Shown: positions 33,244 through 62,829 of the stretch, in pieces | Layout: each line of letters opens with the position of its first letter | Position numbering within the stretch: the first letter of the stretch is position 1 | Assembly (NCBI GenBank): GCA_963693365.1 | Contig: CAVNZM010000007.1 | Span: forward strand, 4,771,962-4,835,961 | Direction of reading: 5' to 3' | Source: Amoebidium appalachense | Lineage: Eukaryota > Protista > Ichthyosporea | DNA length: 64,000 nt | The notes under the pieces: model-generated | Database searches by the model: none | Told to the model about the DNA's origin: nothing | Seen by the model: only the letters and a program-made list of their open reading frames with translations | Made by a program: the position numbers and the translations under genes

Positions 33244-35490
33244 CAAAGTTCACTATCGGCACACGGTTAGGGGAGTGCTGTGGCTGTGCATGCAGGCCTA
33301 TTAGGCACCAAGGCAGGGTGCACGTGTGCATGAACAGCCATGGGCACGTGTACATGCAAATGGACACATGGGACATGCACACCAGCAGGCACTGTGCACT
33401 TAGGTTTCTGGTAGTGCAGAGTGCGGCTTCACAATTGTTATGCATGCACATTGGCCTTTTTCCATGACACTTTTGGTGGTTTGAAGAAGGAGGTGTAGCC
33501 AGTGTTTTGTATGAAATGTGCATGGGGTGTCGAGCTGCAGGCACCAACTGTAGCTGCTTATTTGCACTTTGACACAGTAGATGTTGACATATGTATGTTT
33601 GTGAATGCAGGAAGCACTTGCCACATTGCATGTGTGTGGTTTTTGTAGCTTGAGATGTGTTTACAAAATGGCTATTCGATGCCAGGCTGTACTGGTTGCA
33701 GCCCGTACAATTATATAGTACACTGACGCCGTCGGGTGGCTGGCCCCCCACATGGTGCACTTTATCACACCGCCTATAGCAATGGTTGCGCATAAAGACT
33801 CTCTGTTTGTTCTCCAAACAGCCCTTGTTCCCTCCGATGTCTCCCTTCCCGATAGTATCGTTGAATATCTCAAATTTGCGCACACGCACCCCTGGGCCAG
33901 ACAAGTACGGCGCGACCATCTATGTACATGGTATTCTGGGATGCATGGTGGTTAGAACAACTTCAAAGTTTTCTATTTACTTTACAAGCTGATTCAAGAA
34001 CGAGCTGATTCAAGATCTTGTTTGGGGGGCGTTTGCATCTGGGAAACTGGCTTCATGTATACAGTATATCACGGTGTTACTGACAGGATAAGGCTAGTAT
34101 CGATGATCAATAGCGATATCAGGCAGACGTCGGGTGCAAGCTAAATGAATGGCCACCATGCATGGTGGCGACCATATATATGCATAATGGTATATGCAAT
34201 ATATATGCGCAAATATATTAGGTCAGGGTTATAGTCGTTTTGGTGCCTTTAGTGTGTATTTATTATCATACCGGGATATGTTGCAACGGGGATATTCGTA
34301 TCCACCGGTGCCTCCATATATCATAGTATATATGGCTATGCACGGCACCGTGTGACCGTATAGGTACATGTAGATTCGTTCGAAATCGAATCTTATAAGG
34401 CAGCTAGGAAACACTTCTCGGTTGGCCAAGGATTCTATCACGTATCTAAATAATTAGATGCATGCGTGTTCATGCGGTGCTGAGCTCTCAAGACGCTTAT
34501 CGATATCTCATTTCATGAAATTCCGTTGAATATCTCTCGGAGGCCTAGGCCTGCACCACCCCTCCTCCGGATCCAGTGTGTACATTTTTTTTCTTTTGAC
34601 TGGATTTATTCGACGGAAAGATATGACAAGTATGCACGGCATACTGAGAAGACAATAAAAACTTCACATTTGGGGGTTTATGCACATTTTATTGCTAACG
34701 GACATCGTCTGGGGCCCAGCCTCACTTGGCGGCCTACTGCGTTTTCCAGCGCAGCCAATCAAATGCAGCTAGTGACATATGTACACGGTACGCAATATTA
34801 CAACCCTAGTATAGATTAAGGATACGCAGATGCTAGCATTGGTAGCTCTGAGAGAAAGGTAAGACACCGTATCACAATATCATACCGTGCAGCATTAATA
34901 AGGTGATCTAGGATAGTCATCTTAAAACGGATGTACCGAGGAAGAGAGACGCCGTGCTGGAAAATGCAGCAAGCCATGCACACACACGTGCACGTGGGGG
35001 GAGTGCTTCCGGCCCATCGATTGCGATACCCCAAAATATGGACTCTGCCAAGCCATGTACACGTCTGAGCAGACTGTGCAGTTGTCTTTCATGCACGTGC
35101 ATGATTGGCGCAGACGCTAGCGCGGTATTTGTAATGCTTGGTTTACCAAATTTATTTCATCAAAATCCTCGAATATCGGTAAAATAGATACCGGGCCAGC
35201 CGGTAGTTATGTTTATATGCATCTCAAACCAATCTATACATGCACAGGTATTGCATCATACCATATGAGACCTATGTAAATCTAGCCACAGTGGATATAT
35301 GCATAGTGGATATCTGCCTGCCAGCAAGCGCATATCCTAACCCGGTTATATCCCCTAACGTAGGCCATTGTTGGGTGGCTAGAGGCTGCAGAAAACGAAG
35401 GCCCAACGAACCACGCTTGCCTCTTCATGCTTTTAAGACGTTTTCAATACTCAATACCAACATTATAACCCCCCCCCCCCCCCACCCCTC

Positions 35491-35523
<33 letters not shown>

Positions 35524-35630
35524 GCACCAACCACCACCCCGAACACACACAGACGCACACACACATGCACACGTGCACAAACGCGTGCACCGCGCACGAA
35601 CACACGCAAGCACACACGCACGCGCACGCG

Positions 35631-35663
<33 letters not shown>

Positions 35664-35691
35664 GTGCCCACACACAGACACACACTCCCCC

Positions 35692-35722
<31 letters not shown>

Positions 35723-35890
35723 CCACACCGCTTTTCTGCGTTTGTGTCCTCTTACAGCAAATCCCTCCTAGCCCATTCGACTAGAAATATCCGTAATTAG
35801 CGCTGACGCAAGTACACACGTGTGTGTGCCCCTCTGGCCTGTGCCCATCGGCATCCTTCTCCCTCCATGCCACGTGCCCACCCAGCCCAT

Positions 35891-36058
35891 CTACTTGTCT
35901 TGGGGGTTTTGCACCACCACCAGCATGTAGTCTTTCTCTGCACAGGAAGGAGTAATGACATTAGCACGTCTCAATGTGCGTGTGAAAAGCTACACCAAAA
36001 GGCGGCCAAGGGGGGTCGGGAACGAGGGTGTGTGTGTGTGTGTTTGTGGTGTGTGTGT

Positions 36059-36089
<31 letters not shown>

Positions 36090-37034
36090 GGGGGGGGGGA
36101 AGGGGGCACAACACAGGAAGCAGGATGGTGGCAAAAGGGAAGAACTGGAAACGTGATGCCTGACTAGGAAACGAAAAGAGAAAAGGCAGCATCAACAACA
36201 TAGGCGTGAGTGCGTATGTGCGTGCTTCTGTTTGTTTGTGTGCGTGCGTGCATGTGTGTGTGTGTGGGCCACGGGTATGGTATGTGTGCATATGCATGGT
36301 TAGGCATGCATGTAGTGCCTGGCTTTGTGGACGATTGAGGCGTGCTTGTGTGTGTTTGGTGTGTTTGTTTATGTCCGTGATTCTGTGCAGTGGGATTTGT
36401 GAATGCAGCTTACGGTGTCAGTGCTTGCATATGTGAGCGGGCAAAGTCTGGTTGGGGTGGATTTGCATGTGGGTGTGCACCCAAGCATTTGTGCGTATGC
36501 GTATGCGTGTGCGTGCAGGGTGCGCTCTCTCTCTCTGTGTGTTTGTGATTGTGTGTGTGTGTCTGTGTGTGCGTGCGTGTGTGTGTGCACGCGCACTACG
36601 CATGTGCGCGCGCGTGTGTGTATCTGTGTGTGCTTGTGTGTGCGCATGCACATGTGTGCGCGCGCGTGTGTGTGTCTGTATGTGCTTGTGTGTGCGCATG
36701 CACATGGGTGCTCACCTGGCACGATCATCAGTTCATTCTTTTTTGACCTCAGTCTGAGCAGCGTCAACTCATTCTGCACCATCCCAGCCGTTAGTTCACA
36801 ACACCCCCATCAATTATCAGCCCCCCTTCCCCCCCCCCCCCCCCCCCTCCCACGCCCGCCCGCCCCCTCCCCCTCCTCACACACAAACAGACCACCCTTT
36901 TCACACACAAACACAACCACACGCACGCACACATGCTGGAGCATCCACTAACTCGCTCACTGATCCCCTGATCCCATCCACGACATTCATCCGACCTAAG
37001 AAGAGATACCTGTGCAAGCCATTTTGCCCCTCCC

Positions 37035-37079
<45 letters not shown>

Positions 37080-37814
37080 ACACCACCACCACCACCATCA
37101 CCACACCACCCAACCCCCTTCCCCCCCTCCCCCCTCCCCCTCCCGCCCTCTTTCTTCCTTAAAAAAGGGGGCTAACATTATAAATTTCTTCTAAAAAACT
37201 GAACCGCCCTGCTGCCCCCACTACAGTTCATTGCATTCGGCACAGCCCCAGCTGTGTGTCATGCGATCCATCCATTTTTCTCTGCCCTCGATTCAGATGC
37301 AAAGTTCACCACCCACCAACGGGGCAGGAGTGAACATAATTGGGCCCGAACCTTCAAAGTTTAAGAAAGAGTCTTTTCGTAATGGAGTGAAAACAGCGCA
37401 GCAAAAGGTGGGCATCTGTCACCGGGGACGGGGGAAAGGGGGGGAGGGGGGAGTTCCGGGAACAAAAATGCAATGAAGGCAGACGGAGGGGCAGGGGGGC
37501 GGAGGGGGAGCAAGCGGGGAGAGAGACACGGGAACCAGGGAAAGGGGAGGGGGGGGGGGAGGGGGGGGGTGGGGGGTGAGCACACCTGTTGGTCCAGGTC
37601 CGTCACGACCTTTGCGCCGTGCTGTGTGAATGGGCCCACCAGGGTCACATACTTGGTGGTGGTGGGCTTATCAAAGGTACTGTGCACAGCAACACCTATG
37701 CAGAATTGATTAGTGGCAGGTCGGAGTTCTCCCCCCCCCCCTCCCCCCCCCCCCCTTTTTTTTTATTTTTATTTTTTATGGTGGTGGTGGTGGTGGTGGT
37801 AGGTGGTGGGGGAA

Positions 37815-37861
<47 letters not shown>

Positions 37862-38961
37862 ATGGAATAAATGGATTGGGTGTACTTGGGTGAAAAAGTT
37901 ATATACTTTCATCAAATACTATTTACATCAATTTTTCTTTTTTTTTTTAGTGCCATATGCAGAGAAAGCGGGAATTGAGAAGCAAAGGGGGAAAGCCGGT
38001 AGAAGCGGTGTGGATTGGGTTGGGGCAGGCTAATTGAGCTGGGCTGAAGGGGAAGGGGAGAAGGGGAGAAGGGGGGGGGGGGGGGAAGGGGGGCAAGGCA
38101 CGGGAGGGTAGGAGAGGGGTGGAGGGTGGCAATGGGAAAGGCCCCCCTCCCCCCCCCCCCCCCCCCCCCCACCCACCACCTTCCCCCTTCCAAAAAATTG
38201 TGTGTGTGTGTGTGTCTATGTGTGTGTGGGAAGAGGGGGGGGGGGGGGGGGGGGGGAAGGCATTAACAAGGCTGACTGGCCCTTGCACTCACCTTCTTTG
38301 TTGAGCACCACAAAGCCTATCACGTTCTTTCTGGCCTTGATGCGGGTGATGATCTCTTGCACCTCCTGTGGGAGGGGAGGGGGAGGGGGGGGGGGGGGGG
38401 TGGGTGGGGGGAGGGGGAGTGGGTGGGTGGGGGGAAGGGGGGAGGGGCGTGGATATATCAGCAGCAAGACCAAGATTGGTGTATGTACGCGTGGCCACAA
38501 ATGAAATTGGGTGCTTGCATGTTTACCAAGTGTGCAGACGGCAAGAGAAATGTGGTGCCTTTGCGGCAGTGAGTGGGGTGACTAGCACATTGGGTGTCAT
38601 CAACAAGGTACTGTGTGTGCCCGACTATGCCGTGCTTTGAATGCCTTCTACCTGGTTTGACATGGCCTAGTGAATGCGTGTAGAGGGCTATGTGTGTGTG
38701 AACAGTGTGTTCTATGTAGACGTGGCATAACGGGACACAAGCAAAATGTCTGCATATGCCATACTATAAAGTTGTATGTTAGCGTGTGTATTTGTGTTCA
38801 CTCACGTGTATTAGGGGAGTATGTGATTGAGGCAGGGGGAGTGGGGGAGGGAGGGGGAGAAAGAAATGGAGAAGAGAGAGTGAGAGGCGGAGGGGGGGGG
38901 GGGGGGGGGGGGGATGGGAGGCGGGTGAGGTAGAGCAGAGAGAAAACCACTGTGTGTGTGT

Positions 38962-39032
<71 letters not shown>

Positions 39033-39459
39033 GTGTGTATGCCAATACTTTGAGTACGTACTTCAATAGGTTTGTGTGCATGTACAGGCGTGTGTGGTCG
39101 TCTTGTCTCATTTGTGGCTATGGGTATGTGTGTTTGCCGACATGAAAGCCTCGGTGTTAATTACTTGTGTGTGTGCCTGTACGTGTGTGTGCTATTATCA
39201 CGCACCCACACACGATCTGCGAGTGGGAAAGAGGGGGGGGGGGTACGGAGGGCGCGAGGGGCGGGGGTGGGAGGGGGGGGGGAGGGGGGGGGTGTACACG
39301 ATGTGAGTCCTCTAACTTGTCTGTGCGATTTTGCGCGTAGAAAGAGCATGAGAAGGTTGCTGTCAGGTTTCGCTGTATATGTGAAAAGCAACCAAAGGAT
39401 CTCTCGGGTGCTCGAACATCCCTATTCCCCGCTAGTGCCTGTGGGCAGCTGCTTACCAT
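35891..39459 (-). CDS. DYNLRB: Dynein light chain, roadblock/LC7 type, ~96 aa, 5 exons
   Basis: Exons 39457-39459 (ATG|GTAAGC), 38293-38365, 37586-37695, 36716-36773, 35891-35937. Product: MEVQEIITRIKARKNVIGFVVLNKEGVAVHSTFDKPTTTKYVTLVGPFTQHGAKVVTDLDQQNELTLLRLRSKKNELMIVPEKDYMLVVVQNPQDK. The ATG exon is the least certain. Confidence 0.92.
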
Positions 39460-40465
39460 GTTGTCGCCGCGTGCAGCTTACTGGGCCGTGTGCGTATGGT
39501 GTCTGTGGCTTGTATAAGCAAGTCACCACGGAGTTAGAGGTTGCTGCTACCGCAGGATATGTCTAGCACGCGGTTTGGTAAGAGGAGAAGCTATAAATGC
39601 GCCTCGGCGACACTAGAACTGCAGCTAATATGACGGACGGCAACACTAATAACAGCCGCTGCTGGGGTAGTCAACTAGTGATGACATAATCTTTCCATAT
39701 TGCTAGAGGAAAGGGAGATAATATGATTGATTGATGGCGTAATCGCATGTAGACTAACATGGTCGTACATACTTGGCGAGTTTGAAAGTTTTGGGGGCCC
39801 GGGCCCACATATGTACATGTTGTTCAAGATGGCCGTGAGGCCACTTAGCTATAGAAACAACTTGCACTGACCGGAAAGTAAGAGATTTAACGCAGTACGT
39901 GGCGGGCATTCCGACACTGGACCGTACGCATGTGTTGTTATTTTTCCAAAAGAAAGTCTGTGACGCATCTGTAGCCAAACAAACTTTTGCAACCTAAATC
40001 TGACTGAAGACTTGACTGAAGATCTGTAGTGGATCTCCGGAGTCCGGAGAAGCATAGAAGCACGTATGCGTAGCAGAGGATGTCCAGGCCAAGGAATTTC
40101 CGGGAGAGGAGTAAGTCGTAGGGGGTGGAAGAGTAGACGGACAGAGATGGTTACGGCTAGTTACTCGAAGCTGTGTATCACGTGACACGGGCCAGAGATT
40201 TGTCGAGATCTGCTTGGAGCCTCAGGGGCGAGAGCCGGGTTTCCGTTTTTGTGGGGTGTGGGTGGGTGTGGGTGGGAGAGGGGGAGGGGGGGAGAGAGAA
40301 AGGAAAAGAAAGCAAGAAGGGAAGCGGCCGATGAGAGGGTGGGAGGGAGAGGGGAGTAGAGAGAGAGAGAAGAGCGAGAGAGAGAGAAGAGAGAGGAGGG
40401 GGGGGGGGGGGGGGAAGACAGAGATCTAGATCCAGAGAGAGAGAGAGAGAGAGATGGAAAGAGAG

Positions 40466-40523
<58 letters not shown>

Positions 40524-40775
40524 GAGGGAGGGGGGGGGAGAGAGAAAGATGTGTGTGTGTGTGTGTGGGGGGGTTGGGGGGGGGGGAGGGGGTGAGACAC
40601 AGGCAGAAGGAATGCTGTTCTCGGAGTCCTGGCTACAAGCCAACGTATTCCCACATTTGAAACACTTGCACACACGAGCCAACATACACATACATTCTTT
40701 GTCCTCTGTTACTGAACAGCAGCCTATGCACATGTGGCCACCTGACCCAGTAGCACCCCCCTCTTCTTTCAACCC

Positions 40776-42211
40776 TCACAAGCCCACCATTTTCTTCCAT
40801 CCCTCTATGCCCTGCAGGGTCACTCCACTACCCCCACAAATGATTACCAGAATCTTGCTCTCTGGCCCTAACACCACCCCCGCCTGCCTCTCCACCTCCC
40901 TCTTTGCCCTCTCCCATCCCCCGTCAATGTTAAAAGCAACAGCCAAGGCTGCCCCACACGACGGCTCGACCAGGTACCTATGCTCGTCAGCAAGTTTCAC
41001 TATTCCCTCCACCGCGCTCCTGTCGGGCACAAGCACAGACACCACCGTGCCCGGGTACACCCTGTCTATGCCCGTGGTGAGGTCAAGCAGCCTCTGCGCA
41101 CACACCAGTGACCCGAGTGTCTTTGCCAAGCTGGTCACTGCACCCAACCGTACCACAGGCGCGACGCTTTTCCCCTCGGGGTCAGTCTCTCTGTGCTGGG
41201 TAAGGGAGTGGTTGTAGCAGTGCGCGCCCTCTGTCTCCACAGCCACAACGGGTGTTTTCCCCCACCCCCTTCGTATCAACCCCTCCAGAACACCGCACAT
41301 CAATCCACCCCCACCCACCACGGTGACAATGGCATCTGGAGGTGCATCATTAGGGAAGGATATCTCATCAACTAGGGAAGCGTGGCCGGCCCACAGCACG
41401 GGGTCGTCAAAGGGGTGCACGTACAGCACCCCCTGGTCGCTACCTGCCAGCTCTGTTGCGTGTGCGTGTGCCTCGTCCCACACCGTCCCGTGCACAATCA
41501 CCTCTGCACCCTCGGCCCTCAATTTCTCATGGACAGACACCGGGGTGGTGGTGGGCACAACCACTGTGGTGCTAATGCCTAGCATTCGCCCTGCATAGGC
41601 CGTGGCCAGGCCCGCGTTTCCTCCTGAAGAGCTGATTAGGCGTGTGACGTTTCGCTCCTTGGCGGTGTCTTGCGCGAGCTTGCCGATGCCGCGAATCTGA
41701 AGAGAGCATAAGACAAGTTGAATTGATGGGGTATTTTGAAACTCGGGGTTACGTGGCAGGGGAAAAAGTAATAACCTACAAGTATAAATCAATTGGCGGC
41801 GCAACAGTTGGTTCAAATGACTCTGGGAGGACCTGCGGAGAAGTGTATGTGTGGGAGGGCAGGTGGGGGGAGGGGGAGAGAGGGGTTGTATGCGTGAGAG
41901 GGAGGGAAAAAGCTGCACGAGAGTTAAGCAGAAAAAACGGCAAGACAGGGAGAAAAGGTGGGGAGGTTTGTGGGGGGGGGGGGGGGGGGGGGGGGGGGGG
42001 AGGGAAAGAGGCAGTAGGAAGGATGGTGTGATGGTAAAAGAAAACATCAAAAATAGCAACTAAACTCAAAACAATGTGATACAGGTGTAACACTCACCTT
42101 GAACGAGCCAGAGGGCTGTAGGTTTTCCAGTTTCATGAACACCTGGCAGCCTGTGGCCCTGCTCATGGGCACAGACGGCACCGTGGGCGTGGCTATGTGG
42201 AGCGGCTCCAT
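40776..42211 (-). CDS. SDS: PLP-dependent L-serine/threonine dehydratase (SDS/CHA1 family), ~344 aa, 2 exons
   Basis: Exons 42098-42211 and 40776-41696. Motifs: KLENLQPSGSFK|IRG (PLP lysine), SSGGNAGLA, YVHPFDDP..WAGH, VGGGGL, AVET.GA, VEPSCGAALA, ICGGS. Confidence 0.95.
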
Positions 42212-43378
42212 ATTGCTTACGTGGGCACTTGATGACAATGGGCAGAGGAACCCCCAGCCGCGGAACTCGCACAAGAGCAAAAAAAGAAGGTCGGTCAACA
42301 GTAGTAACCACTTTGGATCTCCTATTCAAAATTCGATCAATTTTTTGCTTCGCTCCAACACCCGAGGTTGGCCGCCATAGGGCCGTCGTTTGTCGGGCTG
42401 CCTGGCAGCGGCTCCAGCTGCCCGACGTAGAAGCTCCTTCTGGCCAAGACAAACCCCTTTACGTAACAATATTTGCTTTTTCCTCAAAATGCTACACAGA
42501 TGCTTTTTATTATAAATGATAATTTCTATCGTCTTAGTTATTTTGGGGTTTGCAGGCTTGTTGCGTTGGGCGTTTTTCTTAGCCATTCGTGATCATGAGG
42601 GCATCACACATGCACCGTAGTTAAACATATGCACAAGTACTACGGGTGTTGAACATTTACTGCCTGCATGGTGCGTTTCTGCCAAATACACTCTCTGGGG
42701 GTAGAGTAGGCATGGCGTGTGAACATTATACACACGTACAGCGTGATCATTCAGTCCACCTTTTTGTGGAATGCCCTGTCAGCCATACACATATATACAG
42801 ACAACGGGAAGGCGTTTCGGTCGAAAACACATCATGACTGTTTTCCACATCGTCCAACGCAACCAGCAGACTCTGACAGACACCCTGTTGTTCTTTTTGT
42901 GATAAATTACTTGTTGCATATATCGTCTCGTCAAGTATCCCTTGCATCCAAAGGTCACTTGAGTGCAACGTGTTTTGTTGCACAGTGCAGTGTGCAGAGG
43001 TAGCACTAGTATCGGTACGAGCCCACTATGTACTGCCACTAACATGAAACAAGTTGAATTAGATGCTTGCTACTTAACTGTATTGTTTTTCTTTCTCTTG
43101 CTCACGGATAAAAGAAATGCAAACCCGGCAGCTCTCTTTCTATTCTGTCTTTGTACATCTACCCGTCTGCTCTCTCCCTACACAAGATCTGCGCAGAAGC
43201 TGCTAATTATATCTAACGTTACGTTGTCTTGGGCTAGCACTAACCCGGACCGTGCGTGTTTGCAAACCGCCACTGCACCAAAAGAGGCCGGTTAATGTAC
43301 TGTGCCAGCGTGTCGTTTGTTACACAGGGTAAGTGTGTGTGTGTATTGTGCATGTGTGTGTACTGTGTGTGACATTAA

Positions 43379-43469
<91 letters not shown>

Positions 43470-43680
43470 CGCAGTGTGTGTGCGTGTGTTTGTGTGTGTG
43501 AGTGATTGTGTCACGTTTGCGTGTGTATTTGTGCACGCGTACACTTAGGCGTCTGTATATGCTTGTGTGTGTGTGTGTGTGTGCCCTTGCGTGCACGTGT
43601 GTGTATGCATACGTCTGTGTGTGTATTCTTTGTGTGTGCGTATATGTGTGTCAAGCGTGTGTGTGTGTGTGTGTGTGTGT

Positions 43681-43745
<65 letters not shown>

Positions 43746-43794
43746 ATGTGTGTTGCAATCCGGTGGGTGGGTGTTTGTTAGAGTATGTGTCGTG

Positions 43795-43856
<62 letters not shown>

Positions 43857-43919
43857 TGTGTGTTTCAATCCCGTGGGTGGGTGTTTGTTAGAGTATGTGT
43901 CACGTGTTTGTCTGTATGT

Positions 43920-43966
<47 letters not shown>

Positions 43967-44419
43967 CACGCACACACGCGCATGCACACGCGTTCAGGTG
44001 TGAGTGTATGTCGACGTCAATGAAGGTGTACGTTGTTATGCTCTCACGGTCCTCTTCCTAGCCTTCCCTCCCGGGACCCTTCCCCCCCCCCCCCCCCCCC
44101 CCCCTTCTTTCCCTCCCCTCGCCAGGGGCACCTTGTTGCCCCGCCTCTCTTGTAGGTGCCTAGGGAGGGAGGTGGTGGTGGGGGGAGGGAGGAAGGGGGA
44201 GGAAGGAAGGCATAAGGAACTTCGGAAAGGGGGGGGGGGGGGGGGGGGGGGGGGGGGGCTGGCGGGCAAAAGTGGGGTTTGGGTGGGGCGGCTGGGGAAG
44301 GTGGGGTCGATATGGAGAAGGTAACAGATCTGTGTAAGAAGTGTTGAAGTGAGCGAGGTCAAGCTGCCTTGTTTACATGTAGTTATTTGTGTGTTTATGT
44401 GTGTGTGTGTGTGTCACGG

Positions 44420-44484
<65 letters not shown>

Positions 44485-44492
44485 CTCTCTCG

Positions 44493-44538
<46 letters not shown>

Positions 44539-46660
44539 GGTGTGTGTGTGTGTCTGTGTGTGTGTGTGTGTGTACGACATGTGTGTGTGCGTGTGTGCGT
44601 GTGTGTGTGTGTGTTTGTGTGTATTTTTGTTTGTATGTGTGTGTGTGTTTCTTACGGCCCGGTGTTCTTGCCTAAGTTAGTTGTGTAGAGGGGGGACTAG
44701 TACGGGCGGGCCTTCCCGTGCAGTCAGGGGTGGGCAGGTGGGTGGTTATGGGCAGTGTATAAGTTGAGCATGATGGGGGTGGGACAAACTTGAGCCTATG
44801 CCTGAACAACCAAGCCATGTTTATTTGGCTTCTTCTGAGTGGTAGCACCAAAACCCCACTGTTTGCACCTTCTAGAACGGGCGTACAGTGGGACAAGCTC
44901 CGGTAACAGGTTTGAGGTGTAGTGGCTTGTTGTCGATGACACAAAAAAAGTTGCAGTGACCGGGCTAAAGTGGTCTCTGCATAACCTTTGGCTCTTATAT
45001 AGGTTCTTTTTTCACTCTACTGGGCCACGTCACGGCGTCTTCTAACCATAGTTCCGTGAACCACACACCATACCACCACGTCCACAGATCTAGACTCCGG
45101 AGGTAGACTGCAGCTCTACTGATGAGCAGGCATGTGCGTGCGGGGCTTTTGATTGTTTAACCAATATTTTGAAATGTTGTTATTTGTGTCATATACAATT
45201 ACTCACTACTCTAAAAGTGCGCTTATACTAGCTTAAAGTAGGTTAGATAGAGTCGCTTCAGTTCTTGTAGGTGTTGTAAGTTTCGCACGGAAAACCATGG
45301 CGCCGCGGCTACGCAGTCTGCACACGGGAAGGCCCTATGGCTCCAGAGCCGCATTCCACAGATCGGCCTATTATAGATCCAAAGTGGTCCATACCATGCC
45401 CGCTTGGGACGTCCGTTTTTATGGTCTGTGGCGACCCGCCGAGCCACCGTGATGTCAGGGACACCAATCGGATACGGTACAAATTAGCTATATATGACTA
45501 TAGAATAGCGGCTTGCACTGGGGCTTGCAGAGGGTCTTTCTGTTGCTTTTTCTTTCAACAGAACGCTTAGCTGCAGTATGTACATACAGTCAAAATAACT
45601 ACCAGAGTTTTCTATAAGAGTTTTTTTCTGTGTCTGACTCTTAACCCTTGCTTTTTTTATATTTCTTTTTTACACAAGCAGTGCTGATAACGTAACAGTT
45701 GGAGGCCGGGGCCCGGGATCTATTCACACAGCGATTTGATTGGCTATAGGCGCACCCTGTTTTATCCCCCAAAACCTTGTGATGCCTTGTGGCGTGGACA
45801 TATACATGAGCCGGGCCCGCCTTCGTCACGCTCATCACCTGTATGTAAATAAAGTTTTAAGCGCTAGAAAGTTATTAATAACAAGACTCATATTTTATAT
45901 ATTTTTCTTTATTAAGGCAACCTAAGCAGGCGTGTAAAAAAGCAAATGAAAATCATGATATCGATAAAGTAAACACTGCTGCGCTGGGCCTGCGTCGAGA
46001 TATCATTCACGAATTTGGAACTTCTTCGAACATGTACATGTGATTTCTAGTAAAACAAAGCCTCGCTAGCCCACATACATACCTCGCGAGCCCACATACA
46101 TACCACGCTGCGCCATCTATAAGTCTCTCCACCATACAGATAGCAATGTTAAGCCATTATATAGGTCTGTAACAGAATCCTCGTTGGCAAACCGAAAAAA
46201 GGAACAAGATGCCCTTTTGGCCTGACCAGAAAAGTGCACTGTCCACACAATGGAGTTTTGGGAGATCGTTCCAGTCAGTCTAAAATGGCCATGTCAAGAA
46301 GCACATGCACAGTTCCCAGTTGTGCTCTCTAGCCAGGCTAGATTTGGTATAGTTGGCACCCTATATATGCGCAAGCTTAATCTCCAGTAAGAACGGTTTG
46401 TATGAGAGTAAATCATCTCAGCCATTCACTTGAAACGCCTGAAGGTCCGGGTGGTGTAGTGCTAGAGTCGAGAAACTCCCTGCATCATCCACCCCACGAC
46501 GCGTAGGTTAAAGAACCTCTGGAGAACGTTGCTCTACTCAGGCTGTAAACAAAGACACCGCCCTTAACTTACGCTCCGCTCACATCACCTATCACAAAAT
46601 CGAGAACAATAAGGCGAGCTAGAGGGCATAAAACCACTGACACGCACTGTTTCCACTGGC

Positions 46661-61477
<14,817 letters not shown>

Positions 61478-62344
61478 CTGAGGTTGGCACCATCGGCACA
61501 TTTACGTTTTGGATAAAAAGGGCTATAGCCTGCCGGGCTGTGCATGTTATCGTAGGCGGATAGAGGGTTGTCGAATGAATGATTGACGCCCTGTTTTACA
61601 CTCTGTGTTGGGTCGAGCAAAGGGCTGTCTTACGTGCTAGGCGCACCTGGATTCAACTCATCTATGGAAATGGGCCATAGACTGCATGAAGGAGGGTTGA
61701 TCACATACATAATAGGAGCTCCGTCAACTGTGAGGGCTACGTGATTAGGGTGGGTTGGACGGTTATTATTTAGTCTTGTAAGCGATGCACTGATGTACAT
61801 AGTGAGCGTGATCCGTTTACACCATATGTAGGCCACAGCATTCCTGATATACCGCTTTTAGCATAATAGAGGGCAGGCTGAAGCCTGACATAGTTTTGGC
61901 ACCTCGCAGCATATGGGTCATATAGCCGCTTACCTGGTTAGGCATCATACTCTGCATCTGCCTGAGGAGGAGGATGTACACCGGTAGCCGAAAACATATA
62001 TGGGTGATGATCATGATGGCAGGATTCTGTGACACTTTATAAACATAATCATGTACTTAGAGATATGCTGTGGACTGGTCTTGCTTGTTTCTCTAGTACA
62101 GTAATATAATAAACGCGAAATGTTCATTCAGTAATCGGTGACCTATCATTCCTTGTGCGCACTGCCAACAAGGTGTCCCAGATCAGTGATGCAGTGCATG
62201 GACGTCGACGCACACCAAGGTAGGGTTGTAATTTGATACCCTGTGAGGGAGGCAATATATAAGCTCGTCACGGGTCAGCCAGTGTTTGTCAGTCCGTGTC
62301 CGCTGATCTCCGCTGTCTGAGTGTGTAAGTCGTTTGCTGCTACC

Positions 62345-62743
62345 ATGAGCCGACCCAGCCGCCGTCACCCCACGGACAAGCACACATGGGTTACAGTGCG
62401 GTCGTTTGTGGTGTCCGTGGGTGGGCGCTATGTGCCCGACCACGAGCCTAACGACGTGCTTCTTGTGATCCATGCAGACGAGGCAGGTCAGTGCACAACC
62501 TTCCCCACCCTCCCCTTCCCCCCTCGTTCAAACCAGCACGCCGTGCCACACGCCCCCAAAAATCCCTAGCTATGATGTGAGTTAAATCCTCAATCTGCCG
62601 TCTCCCTTTCTTTGTTTCGCGCGTACCTCCCCCCTCCCCTTTCCCTCCCTTTCTCCAGGGCTCCCTAGGCCTCTCTTCTCCTCTTCTCCTATCTCTCTCC
62701 CCCTCCTCTCCCCCTCCCTCCCTCCCTCCCTCCCTCCCTCCTT

Positions 62744-62829
<86 letters not shown>

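Noticed and set aside
34225-34809. hAT-like ends CAGGGTTATA ... TTACAACCCTA
   Set aside because: The match is short and imperfect, and there is no 8-bp target-site duplication.
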